Below, in pieces: positions 54,290 to 64,000 of a stretch of 64,000 bases of DNA (position 1 is the first letter of the stretch; every line of letters starts with the position of its first letter). A program made the translations under genes and the position numbers. This DNA is from Oligoflexales bacterium (GTDB lineage: Bacteria > Bdellovibrionota_B > Oligoflexia > Oligoflexales > JALZUQ01), in contig JALZUO010000037.1 of assembly GCA_023301565.1 (NCBI GenBank), positions 2,138 to 66,137 of the forward strand. The letters are read 5' to 3'. The notes beneath the pieces are model-generated. The model worked only from the letters and a program-made list of their open reading frames with translations, was not told the origin of the DNA and made no database searches.

Positions 54290-55792
54290 TTAGGTGAGTA
54301 GCTCTACTTTTTGCTTTAGGCTTTCTAGTGATTCTTTCGAGAGATTTACTAGATCTACATATATCCTGCAAATGAATGTTTGCTCAGGGTTTCGCACTAA
54401 AGAAGAGCATGTTTCTATCGGAACCACTCGAGGTATCTGGTCGTTGTCCTTTTTGATGACGTGAAACCTGTTTTGGCTGAGGCCTTCTTTGTCTATGCGA
54501 GACTTTAGCCTAGTCAATACGTTGCTTGTGGTTATCTTCTGGTATTGAATTTCTTGCTCTTGCAAGATGGCTTCAATGTTTTTGATTCGGTCCATGGTCT
54601 CTGGGTTTTTATCTGAAAACTCGTAAAGCTTTTTCCAAAGCACCCTTGTGATCAAAAGCCGGTCGAGCAGCTCGGAGGTTTGGGTTTGTTTAGCAGGCTT
54701 ACAGTTTGACTTTATAGCTTCCTGAAACCAGCCGTACACGTTGTACTCGTCTAGCTTGAAATAGTCTGCAGAGTTAGCAGGAAAGTGCGCACCTGGTATC
54801 TCAGCCCTTACTTCTTTGAGCATGGCCTCACAGGCAACCGATGTTTTGTGAAAGTAGAGGTTTAGGTACATGCTTTGCCGCGCTCGAAGGTAGTCCTCAA
54901 ATGATGCAAGCCCAGAGTATTGAATACCAAGGTGCAAAGACTTACTAGCTGGGTTGTAGTAGGCGCAGATGCTGTCTAGTACCCGCGTGAGGTCAAACAT
55001 TCCGTAGATGACCCCGCACTCACGCGTGTCGCGCATCAGATAATCCATGCGGTCCACATCTAACTCACCCGACAAAAGCTCGTGAAAGAGGTGATAGACA
55101 CCAAACTCCATTAAAGGAGATTGTGGCGATGGTCCGATTTCTGGGGCAATCACGCAAAGCACATCACGCGGATCGATTTGCGCGTCTACACCCGTCTCTT
55201 TAAGGATTGTGTAGGCTCCCAGGATGGAATAAATCTCATGGCGAACCGGCTTGTCTTTAAAGTGAGAAGATCCAAGTTCTTTGAAGTAAGACACCAGATA
55301 GCTAGGAATGTCTTGGTTGTCTTTTAAAACAGTTTTCATGGTCGGGAGCAAAGGCTCGCCGCTATGACTGAAAGCTGAATGCCCGACGTCATGGAGCATG
55401 GCAGCAATACGCAAAACCTGCTGATTATATGGAGAGTGCAAAACTCTTTCTACAGCTGCAAACGATGGGGTTAGAAGCCCGTTGTGTTTGTGAAGCTCGG
55501 CTCTTTCTTTTTTTTCAAAACCATTGATTTTTTGAACGGACCCGTGAAGCCGCGATTGATTACGGATGATTTGTTCCATAGCAATTCTTGCCAGGTGCAA
55601 CGTACCAAGCGAATGTTCAAAGCGCGTGTGTGTTGCGCCTGGAAAAACGTTACTTAAGAAAGCTGTTTGCTTTACTCTACGCATTCTTTGAAAGTACGGG
55701 TGTGCGATAACCTTGTCTTCTACGTCAGACAGGTCGATGGTTCCGTGGATGTTGTCGCGGACTACGCGTGCAATATTTAAACTCATAGGCAT
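54290..55792 (-). CDS. HD-domain phosphohydrolase (COG1078 / SAMHD1-like dNTPase family)
   Basis: RFEHSLGTLHLA, LHDVGHSAFSH and DVDRMDYLMRD motifs. Confidence 0.8.
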   Translation of the reverse strand: MPMSLNIARVVRDNIHGTIDLSDVEDKVIAHPYFQRMRRVKQTAFLSNVFPGATHTRFEHSLGTLHLARIAMEQIIRNQSRLHGSVQKINGFEKKERAELHKHNGLLTPSFAAVERVLHSPYNQQVLRIAAMLHDVGHSAFSHSGEPLLPTMKTVLKDNQDIPSYLVSYFKELGSSHFKDKPVRHEIYSILGAYTILKETGVDAQIDPRDVLCVIAPEIGPSPQSPLMEFGVYHLFHELLSGELDVDRMDYLMRDTRECGVIYGMFDLTRVLDSICAYYNPASKSLHLGIQYSGLASFEDYLRARQSMYLNLYFHKTSVACEAMLKEVRAEIPGAHFPANSADYFKLDEYNVYGWFQEAIKSNCKPAKQTQTSELLDRLLITRVLWKKLYEFSDKNPETMDRIKNIEAILQEQEIQYQKITTSNVLTRLKSRIDKEGLSQNRFHVIKKDNDQIPRVVPIETCSSLVRNPEQTFICRIYVDLVNLSKESLESLKQKVELLT

Positions 55793-56135
55793 ATCACTAG
55801 CTTACATTGAATAAGGGGGCAAGAGTGCATTGTGCTGGTCAAGCTTTGCCTGGCTAGTGTGGTTGTAGATGCTTGTAATTGTTTATCTTTTTAGAAGGTG
55901 TGGCTGTACTACACGAAAGAGCAGCGGTAGCTTGCAAGGTTCTCTGCGCAGTGGAGTAGGCAGGTCTATCTGTAGCAATGCGGTAAGGAAAACTTCGTAT
56001 GGAAAGGGGGGGCTTGCGTGGCTAGGCTTTGGCGCAATTAGCAGGGATAAAATATATGCTTTCTTTTTCCTATCCCCAACAGCCTCTAAAACGGGTATCA
56101 TTAGTTATAAATCTAGATTTATCGGAGTTCAAAGA

Positions 56136-57056
56136 ATGAGGCAAACACTCAAAGTTCAATTACTTTTCATTGGGTTTGTATTCAGTTTATGTCTTACAAT
56201 TAAGCCCGCATTTGCAAGTCCTGCTTGCATCATATTGAACGCGCCAAGCAAATCTAAGCGACAGCATGTATTGTATAGAGGAAAAAGAGAAATAAGACTT
56301 TATTTGAACAAAGAAAAACCATCTGAAAATAGATTTGCTAATGTAGAAATAAATGTTGTTAAGCCATCAACTCTAAAAGAACTTAGCAAGTATGCAGGTG
56401 ATGAAATTTTAGCAATTATTCCGAAAAAATCGGTAAGGGATTTGTCCGTTGAAGCTCAAAAAGTTGGTAATAGCAAAGTTGAACTAAAAAACGCCGTTCT
56501 TAAACTCAAGTTCGATTCCATAAAATGTTTTAAATGGGGATGTTTAGCAGGTGTTGCCATTGCTTCGTCACCCATACTTGACCCAACAATTACCAGACAA
56601 TTAGGGGGTGTTGTTGCAGAATATTCGCCTGAAAGCATTATCAAGGCTTTAGAGTTTATAGGGCAACACGAATGGTCATATAGCGCACGCAATTTTTTGT
56701 TAAAGCAAGATTGGATCCAACCTGCGACTTTAAAAATAGCTTCCATTATATTTGCTGTTGCTGGGGCTGGAGGATCAGTTGCGAGTGCAATTCGCGCAGT
56801 TACAGCATCTTTTAGAGGTCTTTTAGAACTACCTCTTAGGACCGTTGGATTAGTTCACGCTAGCACGAGTGACGCAACATCCCCAGAATTTGATTTCCCA
56901 AGGATGCATAAATTAATCTTACACATTATGAGGGCCTATGGCTCATCAGATCCCGAGAAAATCCCAGATATTAAAGTGTATTTTACCGGCCAACCCGATA
57001 AAGTGGTGGACATGTTTGATCAAATTATTGAAAGGGAATTCAGATATTTTAGATAA
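56136..57056 (+). CDS. hypothetical secreted/membrane-interacting protein (306 aa)
   Basis: MRQTLKVQLLFIGFVFSLCLTIKPAFAS is a signal peptide. There are two internal hydrophobic Gly/Ala-rich segments. The 267 nt upstream of this ATG that the track includes do not look protein-like. Confidence 0.5.
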   Translation: MRQTLKVQLLFIGFVFSLCLTIKPAFASPACIILNAPSKSKRQHVLYRGKREIRLYLNKEKPSENRFANVEINVVKPSTLKELSKYAGDEILAIIPKKSVRDLSVEAQKVGNSKVELKNAVLKLKFDSIKCFKWGCLAGVAIASSPILDPTITRQLGGVVAEYSPESIIKALEFIGQHEWSYSARNFLLKQDWIQPATLKIASIIFAVAGAGGSVASAIRAVTASFRGLLELPLRTVGLVHASTSDATSPEFDFPRMHKLILHIMRAYGSSDPEKIPDIKVYFTGQPDKVVDMFDQIIEREFRYFR

Positions 57057-57196
57057 AAGCTTTCTAGAGAAAAAACAGAACTTTCTTGCTAAAATTTCAT
57101 CTGTAGTTTGGCCACTCTACGCTGCTACCATGAAAAATACTCCACATGACCTAGGAGCTACCCTTTGCTAATTGGTCGGTCCGTACCGACCTAGCT

Positions 57197-58255
57197 TTAC
57201 GACCGAACCAATGCCCCCCGAGCCTCTGCAAGGCTTTGGAAGCCAGCGTTGCGCATGGCAAGCCAAAGCTCTTCTAGGAGAAGATCTACCACCCCTGCGC
57301 CGCGGTAGACCATAGCCGTGTAGATTTGCACGGCGTCAGCTCCACGCATGATTTTTTCTAGTACATCTCTGCCGCTAAGCACACCGCCACTTGCTATTGT
57401 AGGCATAGACCCTTGGTGTACCTCGTAAGCTACTTCAAGGCTACGGTTTGAAGTAGACATCAGCGGTGCTCCACTAAGGCCGCCTTTTTCTGGGTAGGCC
57501 GTTGCAGAAGTGTTGCTAAGGATGATGCCAGCGAAATTTGTTTTAGAGATCATCTCTATAAGTTTTACAAAGTTTTGCTTTGGCCGGTCGGGGTCAATTT
57601 TTATATAGGTTTTTTTTAACTGCTCTGGGTCTATTCCATTTTCTAAATCACTCAGAAAAGTTTGAGAGCCCAAATCGCGTAGCCCCTGTGTGTTAGGCGA
57701 AGATATATTAGCAACAAAATAGTCGGCGAGGCTTTTTGTTTTGTCTAAACAAAAGAGGTAGTCATCTACAGATTTTTCTTGAAGCGTGACTTTGTTTTTT
57801 CCGACGTTGATGCCAATTTTCATTTTATCGCGTCGCTTGGCTGCGGCGACGTTTCGTACAAACTGATTGATCCCACTATTGTTAAAGCCCATTCTGTTTA
57901 TAAGCGCTCTTTGCTCTTTTAGGCGGAACAGCCTCGGCTTCATGTTTCCTGCCTGCGGCTGTGGGGTCACCGTCCCGTATTCTGCCGTAGAAAACCCTAG
58001 TTTATGCAGGTTTTGTGCCGTCTCTGCGTTTTTATCAAAACCCGCAGCAAGGCAGATGGGGTGAGCCAGAGGCCCAACTCCAGGCAGCTCTGCCGTTTTA
58101 AAAACACCTTCTGCTAGCTTGCGCTGCATTTGAGTTTTGGACTCAGGTACGAGGCCTGACTTTAAAGCCCAAACTGCTAGGTTGTGTGCCGATTCAGGCG
58201 GGAGTCGCCAAAGTGTTGCCAAGCCTAGTTTGTGAATACAAGCCGTGATGTTCAT
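57197..58255 (-). CDS. pyrD: dihydroorotate dehydrogenase (quinone), class 2
   Basis: PPESAHNLA at the N-terminus, LAAGFDKN, GTVTPQPQAGN, RMGFNN, NISSPNT and GGLSG. The internal Met at 58255 matches the E. coli N-terminus better than the track start at 58294. Confidence 0.9.
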   Translation of the reverse strand: MNITACIHKLGLATLWRLPPESAHNLAVWALKSGLVPESKTQMQRKLAEGVFKTAELPGVGPLAHPICLAAGFDKNAETAQNLHKLGFSTAEYGTVTPQPQAGNMKPRLFRLKEQRALINRMGFNNSGINQFVRNVAAAKRRDKMKIGINVGKNKVTLQEKSVDDYLFCLDKTKSLADYFVANISSPNTQGLRDLGSQTFLSDLENGIDPEQLKKTYIKIDPDRPKQNFVKLIEMISKTNFAGIILSNTSATAYPEKGGLSGAPLMSTSNRSLEVAYEVHQGSMPTIASGGVLSGRDVLEKIMRGADAVQIYTAMVYRGAGVVDLLLEELWLAMRNAGFQSLAEARGALVRS

Positions 58256-58462
58256 AGTGCTTTGATCTCTTTCTTTTAAAATCACCAACTTCATGCTGCA
58301 TGTCTAGGTTATACTATAACTACCTCCGGTCCCCAAGGGAGCCTCTGGCTAGTGCAAAAAGTTTAATGCAAGGGCAGAGTAGGATCTTTTTTGAAGATAG
58401 CTCGTGGAACCGAACCCTTAGACAAATAATGTAAGAAATGTACTCAGGTAGGGAGTAAAGCT

Positions 58463-59026
58463 ATGATTGTACGTAAGATTACCATGCAAAGAGTTTCCGA
58501 TATGTTGCAGTACGCGTGGCCGCTGCAAGGCGTTGGGACCATAGGGAGTCAGTACAGAAAAAAAGTAGCTGTACTTGAAATGCCTAACAAAGAAATCAAT
58601 GGAATTTTCTTGCGTGCCTTAGACAGCTATTTTGGAGAAAACCTTCAAGACGAGTTTATGAAGGTTGAGTTTAGCTGGACAGATCCAGCAGGTGTAAACT
58701 TGTCTTTGTCTAGAAAGACAGTTGGTTGGGAGCTTCGAAAAGATGAAAAGGTCTTCCCTTTGCAAAACGGTAGTCCCATTTTGGCCAAAATTGTAGGCCA
58801 GCTTAGAGGGTGCTTTTTTAAAGAAGATGCGGTTGCATCTGAGTGTACTTGGGATAACATCCAGGTTGAAAATACTGATCTTCAGGGCCTAACCCAGTTT
58901 CAAAGTAAAAACTCCGAGCAAAACTTTTTTCTTCGCATCACAAACTCAAAAGAAACCTTGCGAGGGACGACAAAAAAAGGCTACGGCTGGGCGCATTGTT
59001 TGCGAAGCACTTACTCGCTGGTTTGA
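58463..59026 (+). CDS. hypothetical protein (187 aa)
   Basis: An ORF of reasonable length with GGGAG upstream. No motif recognised. Its 3' end overlaps the convergent GT4 gene by 16 nt. Confidence 0.4.
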   Translation: MIVRKITMQRVSDMLQYAWPLQGVGTIGSQYRKKVAVLEMPNKEINGIFLRALDSYFGENLQDEFMKVEFSWTDPAGVNLSLSRKTVGWELRKDEKVFPLQNGSPILAKIVGQLRGCFFKEDAVASECTWDNIQVENTDLQGLTQFQSKNSEQNFFLRITNSKETLRGTTKKGYGWAHCLRSTYSLV

Positions 59027-60087
59027 TTTTCTTTGAGATCTTTAAATAGGTCGAGAAATTTTTCCCCAACTATTTTTGCATCGAACCTAGTCGCAACGGT
59101 TTCTAGCCCGTTGGCAGATAGTTTTTTCCGCAAATTTCGATCGACTATCAGCTTTGACAGATGCTGGCACAAATCCATTTCATCTCCGGACGTAAAAAGT
59201 AGGCCGTCTACTCCGTGGCTTATAGTTTCAGCTATGCCCATGATGTTGCTTCCTACGGCAACAGCTCCAGAAGCCATAGCTTCTTGGGTGACGAGACCTT
59301 GCGACTCGCTGAGGCTTGGTAGCACGTGAATGTCACAGGCTTTCATAAAATCTGGCGCGTGAGCAAAACCATCGAAAGAAACTATTTTTTCTAGGCCTAG
59401 CTCGGTAGAGAGCCTTCGAAGCATAGGTTCGTCGGGGCCAACGCCGCCTATTTTTACTTTTTCTATATAGGCCAGTAGTTCCGCCGGAAGATTGCTGATC
59501 GCCCGAAGCAGAAGGCTTTGGTTTTTTTCTACGCGTAGCCTTGCCAGGCAGCCAATTACCAGCTTTTTTTTATCAAAACTGCGGGTGGGGTGAGAAAAAA
59601 GCTCTGCGGTGACTGGGTTTGGCATAACCATTCCCTGACTTGGTTTAATCCAAGGATTGTTTTTCAGTGTTTCTTTTTGGGTATAGGCAGAGCAAAAGAT
59701 GATGTGCCTTGCAAAGTTTTTCCGAATCCATGTATCTCTTGTTTTTCCTGAAAAATCTCCGCTTCCACCGCAAAGCGTCACGCGTAGGCTGTCTTTGGCA
59801 ACAAGCCCGGCCATAAATATATCTTTTTCCATATTGGTAATTACGACATCAAATGGAGCTTTTTTTCTTAGACCTAAAATTTTCCAAAGTGTGAGAGGGT
59901 TTCCGTGTGGGCTAAACTTTACTTGTTTGCTGTCCATTTTAAGCAAAGCTAGTTTGTCGGCAAAGTCTTTATTGCGTGCCCTTACAAGCACCTCAGCTCC
60001 CAGGTTTTTCCAGCTGGTGCATAGGGTTTCAAGGACCGAGTTGATTCCGGTCCACTTTCTATTTGAATTTAAAACTAAGATACGCAA
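59011..60087 (-). CDS. glycosyltransferase family 4 (GT-B)
   Basis: The C-terminal half has VLPSLSESQGLVTQEAMASGAVAVGSN (EX7E-type region). The length and layout are typical of GT4. Confidence 0.8.
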   Translation of the reverse strand: MRILVLNSNRKWTGINSVLETLCTSWKNLGAEVLVRARNKDFADKLALLKMDSKQVKFSPHGNPLTLWKILGLRKKAPFDVVITNMEKDIFMAGLVAKDSLRVTLCGGSGDFSGKTRDTWIRKNFARHIIFCSAYTQKETLKNNPWIKPSQGMVMPNPVTAELFSHPTRSFDKKKLVIGCLARLRVEKNQSLLLRAISNLPAELLAYIEKVKIGGVGPDEPMLRRLSTELGLEKIVSFDGFAHAPDFMKACDIHVLPSLSESQGLVTQEAMASGAVAVGSNIMGIAETISHGVDGLLFTSGDEMDLCQHLSKLIVDRNLRKKLSANGLETVATRFDAKIVGEKFLDLFKDLKENQTSE

Positions 60088-60098
60088 TTTTTTTGTCT

Positions 60099-61394
60099 CT
60101 AGATTTTTCTTAGCCAGCCGAATTTCTCTGAACCACCCAGCTGTTCTTCAATACGCAAAAGCTGGTTGTATTTGGCAACCCGGTCACTTCGGCTTGCAGA
60201 TCCAGTTTTAATCTGTCCGCATCCAACAGCGACAGCGAGGTCTGCAATAAATGTATCTTCGGTTTCGCCGCTTCTGTGCGAAACAACTGAAGTCCAGTTT
60301 ACTTTTTCTGCCAGCTGAATAGCTGTAAGTGTCTCGGTTACCGTTCCTATTTGATTGAGCTTTATTAGAATCGAATTTGCTGCTTTTTGCTCAATGCCTT
60401 GTTGGAGTTTTTTAGGGTTGGTAACAAACAAGTCATCACCGACAATTTGGACACTTTCTCCAATTGCGGCCGTAAGGCTTGTAAACCCATCCCAGTCTTC
60501 TTCGTCTAAGCCGTCTTCAATAGAGATGATCGGAAATTCTTTGGCGTAGCTTTGTAGCTGGCTTTGCATCTGTGCGCTTGAGAGTTTTTTATCTTCTGAG
60601 GCTAGGTTGTAGGTTCCGTCCCGAAAAAAGGAAGATGCAGCAACGTCAAGGGCTAGAGCAATTTCTTTGCCTGGCTCGTAGCCAGCTTTGCGGATAGCGG
60701 TCAACACAGCTTCGATTGCCTCTTTGTTTGAAGCAAAGTTTGGAGCAAACCCACCTTCATCACCCACGGCTGTGCTTTGACCGTTTTGGTGAAGAAACTT
60801 TTTTAAGTGATGAAAAACTTCTGTGCCTTTGCGTAGCGCCTCAGAAAATGAATCGGCCTTGTGTGGGACAAGCATGATCTCTTGGATATCGACGCTGTTG
60901 TTTGCGTGGTCTCCACCGTTTAAAACATTCATCAAGGGTACTGGCATGCGCATGGGGTGTTTGCCGCCTGCAGCTTCGTAGAGCCCGCGAAGATGTTGGT
61001 AAAGAGGTTTTGCTTTTGCAACGGCAGCAAGCTTTGCAGATGCCATCGACACAGCAAGTATTGCATTGGCCCCAAGTTGGGTTTTTTGTTCGGTTCCATC
61101 TAGATCAAGCATCGTTTGATCAATGGTTTTTTGATCGCATGCATCCATACCGATTAACTTTGCTGCAATAGGCCCTCTTATGTTTTTTAAGGCAGATAGA
61201 ACACCTTTGCCGAGGTAGCGATCTTTGTCTCCGTCACGAAGTTCGCAGGCTTCAAACTTTCCGGTTGATGCACCAGAAGGGACAGCAGCTCTTCCAACAA
61301 AGCCACATTTAGACAGAATGTCTGCCTCGACTGTTGGGTTTCCGCGTGAATCGAGGATCTCTCTACAAGTTATTTTATCAATAATAACAGACAT
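60099..61394 (-). CDS. eno: enolase
   Basis: [33 protein letters not shown] and [23 protein letters not shown]. Confidence 0.95.
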   Translation of the reverse strand: MSVIIDKITCREILDSRGNPTVEADILSKCGFVGRAAVPSGASTGKFEACELRDGDKDRYLGKGVLSALKNIRGPIAAKLIGMDACDQKTIDQTMLDLDGTEQKTQLGANAILAVSMASAKLAAVAKAKPLYQHLRGLYEAAGGKHPMRMPVPLMNVLNGGDHANNSVDIQEIMLVPHKADSFSEALRKGTEVFHHLKKFLHQNGQSTAVGDEGGFAPNFASNKEAIEAVLTAIRKAGYEPGKEIALALDVAASSFFRDGTYNLASEDKKLSSAQMQSQLQSYAKEFPIISIEDGLDEEDWDGFTSLTAAIGESVQIVGDDLFVTNPKKLQQGIEQKAANSILIKLNQIGTVTETLTAIQLAEKVNWTSVVSHRSGETEDTFIADLAVAVGCGQIKTGSASRSDRVAKYNQLLRIEEQLGGSEKFGWLRKI

Positions 61395-61539
61395 ATATGT
61401 ACCACCCTGTTAAATGTTGGATATTGACGATGTTTATATCACAGAATCTGGTGGCAAGTCTGTGACTTATCAGAGCAGTTTGGGTATTCTTTGGGTGTTT
61501 TTTAAGACAGAAATTTTGATTTGAAAAGGAAAGCAACAG

Positions 61540-63045
61540 ATGAGTCAGCGATTTTCAACCAAACCTTGGAAAGATTATTTACCCGCAAGTTTCGATTGGC
61601 TTGCGAAAAAACTAAAAGTTGATTTTTGCGAAACCTCTGATTCGTGCAAACTCGTACTTGTTCCGTGTTCAGCTGGTAAAGACGGCGGCGTAGCAACCGT
61701 CCTGGGTGATTTTCCCGCAAAAAATGAAGTTCAAAAACAAGTGGAATTACACGCATGGACAGGCGGTGGAGCCTTTCATTGCACTGCGGACGGCCGTGCC
61801 TATGCTGTGGTTACAACTTCTTCGGTAAAGTCATCGACCAAACAGCTTGCACGTGAGTGGGGCATACAGGCGCAAAAAGCTCTTGGTAGCCGCAAGGTAT
61901 CTTGCCTTGGCGTAGTCTCTGGTGACGGGTATGAGCCAGGAGATATTTTCGAAGGTTTAGCTTACGGGTTTTACGACACAGATTCATTCCGCAGTAAAAA
62001 AACAGAAGATAAAAGCTTTCCTGGAAGCATATGCTTTTGGGGTACTCCAAAAGAGCCTGCCTCTTTTGCCAAGGCACGTGCAACGGCCGAAGCCACAACC
62101 CTTACATCTTTCTTGCAGGATGCGCCTCCAAACTGGCTCGATACGACTCGCTTTGCTGAGATTGCTACCGATCTTTGTAAAGAAGCTAAAATCAAGTGCA
62201 AGGTTCTTGGTGATGAGGAACTTGAGAAAGAAGGTTGCCACCTATTTTTGAGTGTAAGTAAAGGTTCGCAGTGTCCCGGGCAAATGATTGTGATGGAAAT
62301 AGCAGGAAAAGACACAAGCAAAACACGTGCGATCATTGGCAAAGGCCTTACCTTTGATGCTGGCGGTATCAGCTTGAAGCCATCAAAATCGATGGAAGAG
62401 ATGAAGTATGATATGTCGGGTGGCGCAGCTATCATGGGCTCGGTTTACCTACTTTCAAAAATTCAGCCAGTAACAAATGTGGTAGCTTTGATTGGTTGTG
62501 CCGAGAACATGCCTAGTGCAGTTGCTTCGAAGCCTTCCGATTTGATTCGTGCACGTAACGGTAAAACCGTAGAGATTCTAAACACAGATGCCGAGGGGCG
62601 TTTGGTCTTAGCTGACACGATCAACTATGCGGCAACAGAGTTTAAACCAGAATTTATGATCAATGCCGCTACTTTGACTGGCTCTGTAATTCACGCCCTT
62701 GGGCACAACGGCGCTGCTTTGATGTCTAACGATTCCTCGCTTGCTGCGCGGGTTCTGCAGGTTGCAAAAAGCGAAGGCGAGCCTACTTGGGAGCTTCCGT
62801 TCTGGCCCGAGCTTGGCAAAGAAATCAAAGGTACCTGTGGCGACCTGCAAAACATTGCAAAGCCTGGCGTCTTAGCAGGGTCGATTATCGGTGGTATTTT
62901 CCTAAGAGAATTTGTCGAAGACCTTCCGTGGGCTCACTTGGATATCGCGGGCGCGGCTTGGCAGTGCAAGGCAACAGGGTTTCCGGGGCAGGGCGGCAGT
63001 GCTTATGCAGTACGGACCATGGCTGGGATGTGCTTAGTAGACTAA
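61540..63045 (+). CDS. pepA: leucyl aminopeptidase (M17)
   Basis: GKGLTFDAGGISLKP, MKYDMSGGAA and NTDAEGRLVLAD. Confidence 0.9.
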   Translation: MSQRFSTKPWKDYLPASFDWLAKKLKVDFCETSDSCKLVLVPCSAGKDGGVATVLGDFPAKNEVQKQVELHAWTGGGAFHCTADGRAYAVVTTSSVKSSTKQLAREWGIQAQKALGSRKVSCLGVVSGDGYEPGDIFEGLAYGFYDTDSFRSKKTEDKSFPGSICFWGTPKEPASFAKARATAEATTLTSFLQDAPPNWLDTTRFAEIATDLCKEAKIKCKVLGDEELEKEGCHLFLSVSKGSQCPGQMIVMEIAGKDTSKTRAIIGKGLTFDAGGISLKPSKSMEEMKYDMSGGAAIMGSVYLLSKIQPVTNVVALIGCAENMPSAVASKPSDLIRARNGKTVEILNTDAEGRLVLADTINYAATEFKPEFMINAATLTGSVIHALGHNGAALMSNDSSLAARVLQVAKSEGEPTWELPFWPELGKEIKGTCGDLQNIAKPGVLAGSIIGGIFLREFVEDLPWAHLDIAGAAWQCKATGFPGQGGSAYAVRTMAGMCLVD

Positions 63046-63061
63046 AGCTTGCTTTGAACTG

Positions 63062-63763
63062 TTACTTAAGCGTTTTGTGTTTTGCATAAAACGCTTTTAC
63101 TTTTTTAGGGTCTCCGCTGGTGAGTTCTGTCGGGACGTTCAGTCCTTTGAACTCTTCGGGCCTTGTGTAGTATTCGGGGCGCCAGCTTAGCTCGGGCGTG
63201 TCTTGCTGGTTTTGTGTTTTGATTACCTTACAGCCAAGCCTAAGTATAGACTCACAAATGCTGAGAGCAGCGAGCTCTCCACCGCCTAAGACGTATTTAC
63301 CGCAAGATATTTTTCGGTGCCTTTGCAGCTTAAAAAACCTTTCGTCCATCCCCATAAAACGCCCACAGACAAAAAGAATAGAAGGCGGCTTCTCTTGTTG
63401 CCAATACTCGCTAGCATCGTCTTGGCTCCACGGTTCGGCGCGTGGGTCTGTGATCCAAACTTCCGTTCCAGGGTTTTTAGAAAGTATCTTTTGTGTGGCT
63501 TGGTAAAGAGCGTCAGCCCTTAAAATCATGCCTTCACCACCACCGTATGGTCGTCCGTCTACGGTCCCATGCTTGTCTATTGCGTAGTCCCTTAGCTGGT
63601 GGGCTCCAAGCCTTGCTGCGCCGGCAGAGACTGCTTTTTTATAGGTACCAAACTCAAAGTACTTTTCAAGCCACTCAGCGTGCAGGCTAAGAAACTCAAA
63701 TTTAGGCGTGTTTTCACTTCCAGGATTTTTATCCACGTATGGACTCCCAAAGCTGTTCTTCAC
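63062..63763 (-). CDS. trmD: tRNA (guanine37-N1)-methyltransferase
   Basis: DGRPYGGGEGMILR and CGRFMGMDERF (the CGRYEGxDeR-like block). The start may be GTG 63763 or GTG 63737. Confidence 0.9.
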   Translation of the reverse strand: MKNSFGSPYVDKNPGSENTPKFEFLSLHAEWLEKYFEFGTYKKAVSAGAARLGAHQLRDYAIDKHGTVDGRPYGGGEGMILRADALYQATQKILSKNPGTEVWITDPRAEPWSQDDASEYWQQEKPPSILFVCGRFMGMDERFFKLQRHRKISCGKYVLGGGELAALSICESILRLGCKVIKTQNQQDTPELSWRPEYYTRPEEFKGLNVPTELTSGDPKKVKAFYAKHKTLK

Positions 63764-64000
63764 TTAGGTTTAACTCTATATGACTGGGCGGGTCTTTATC
63801 TGTTAGCGCTTTGCTAAAGTAACCCTGCCACCCGTGCCAATCCAAAGGTAGGTCGATGGATTCGTTTGTTTTGGTATTATGTATGCCGAGAAGAAAAATA
63901 TTACCGCGGGTAATCCAGTAGCTGACTTCAGACTCTGTAAAGGACCCTGATGTGCCTTGGATAGGAAGGCCTTCGAAAGAAAGTAGCTTTACTCTTGGCA
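63729..64000 (-). CDS. rimM: partial ORF (C-terminal part, runs off the window), probably rimM
   Basis: My own translation of the minus strand gives an open frame from the window edge to TAA at 63729-63731. The call rests on conserved rimM-trmD synteny and a loose PRC-barrel-like ending, not on strong motifs. Confidence 0.4.
   Translation of the reverse strand, partial: PRVKLLSFEGLPIQGTSGSFTESEVSYWITRGNIFLLGIHNTKTNESIDLPLDWHGWQGYFSKALTDKDPPSHIELNLSEEQLWESIRG

Noticed and set aside
55990-56045. Possible c-di-GMP (GEMM-I-like) riboswitch on the minus strand upstream of the HD gene, prompted by GCGCCAAAGCCTAGCC.
   Set aside because: Only one CAAAGCC-like element is present. The partner GGCAAACC hairpin is missing at the required distance of about 25 nt. 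A second AGGCAAAGC lies about 150 nt away, which does not fit the motif.
55869-56135. The N-terminal 89 codons of the tracked 395-aa ORF.
   Set aside because: The translation (RRCGCTTRKSSGSLQGSLRSGVGRS...) is not protein-like. A canonical signal peptide starts at the internal Met at 56136.
57174-57191. A GGTCGGT-CCGT-ACCGACC hairpin just after the pyrD stop, considered as a terminator.
   Set aside because: It is a 7-bp stem with no U-run on either strand. It might be a weak or Rho-assisted site, but the sequence alone does not support calling it a feature.
1-64000. A search by eye for tRNA/rRNA genes, CRISPR arrays, IS elements, integrases, prophage genes and long tandem repeats.
   Set aside because: I found no T-loop GGTTCGA-type tRNA signature outside coding sequence, no regularly spaced direct repeats, and no transposase- or integrase-like ORFs. 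A computational scan (tRNAscan-SE, Rfam, a CRISPR finder, self-dotplot) would be needed to be certain.

Overview
This 64-kb window looks like a gene-dense chromosomal segment from a Gram-negative bacterium. Supporting gene content includes LolC/E, lipobox lipoproteins, a secretin-like protein and a sigma-54 enhancer-binding regulator. Several secreted metalloproteases (M1, astacin) and a possibly cytosolic M17 peptidase fit a Bdellovibrio/Oligoflexia-like lifestyle, but I cannot verify the taxon. I support about 55 protein-coding genes. Most are housekeeping: speA, rsmD-coaD, epmA, rlmN, tlyA, ligA, uvrA, panB, dnaJ, ruvC, pyrD, eno, pepA and trmD with a partial rimM. I found no rRNA, tRNA, CRISPR array, transposase or integrase. 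Genes are tightly packed, with several start/stop overlaps and four convergent 3' overlaps, and I could recognise few intrinsic terminators. The strongest second-look candidate is a translationally coupled pair of CHASE2-like sensor kinases at 8506-12079 with reciprocal defects. One lacks the phospho-acceptor His and the other lacks recognisable ATP-binding boxes. Other candidates are listed below.
- A compact secretin-like three-gene operon with no pilus or secretion ATPase genes (18627-20587).
- An untracked 33-aa hyper-basic ORF with its own terminator in the leader of a LonC-like protease (24964-25199).
- A TM-HAMP protein overlapping an N-terminally short RlmN.
- A class II Fic gene with nested operator-like inverted repeats.
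- Several orphan ORFs (13168-15403, 49380-51584, 56136-57056).
All functional calls rest on motif recognition by eye. No database search was run.
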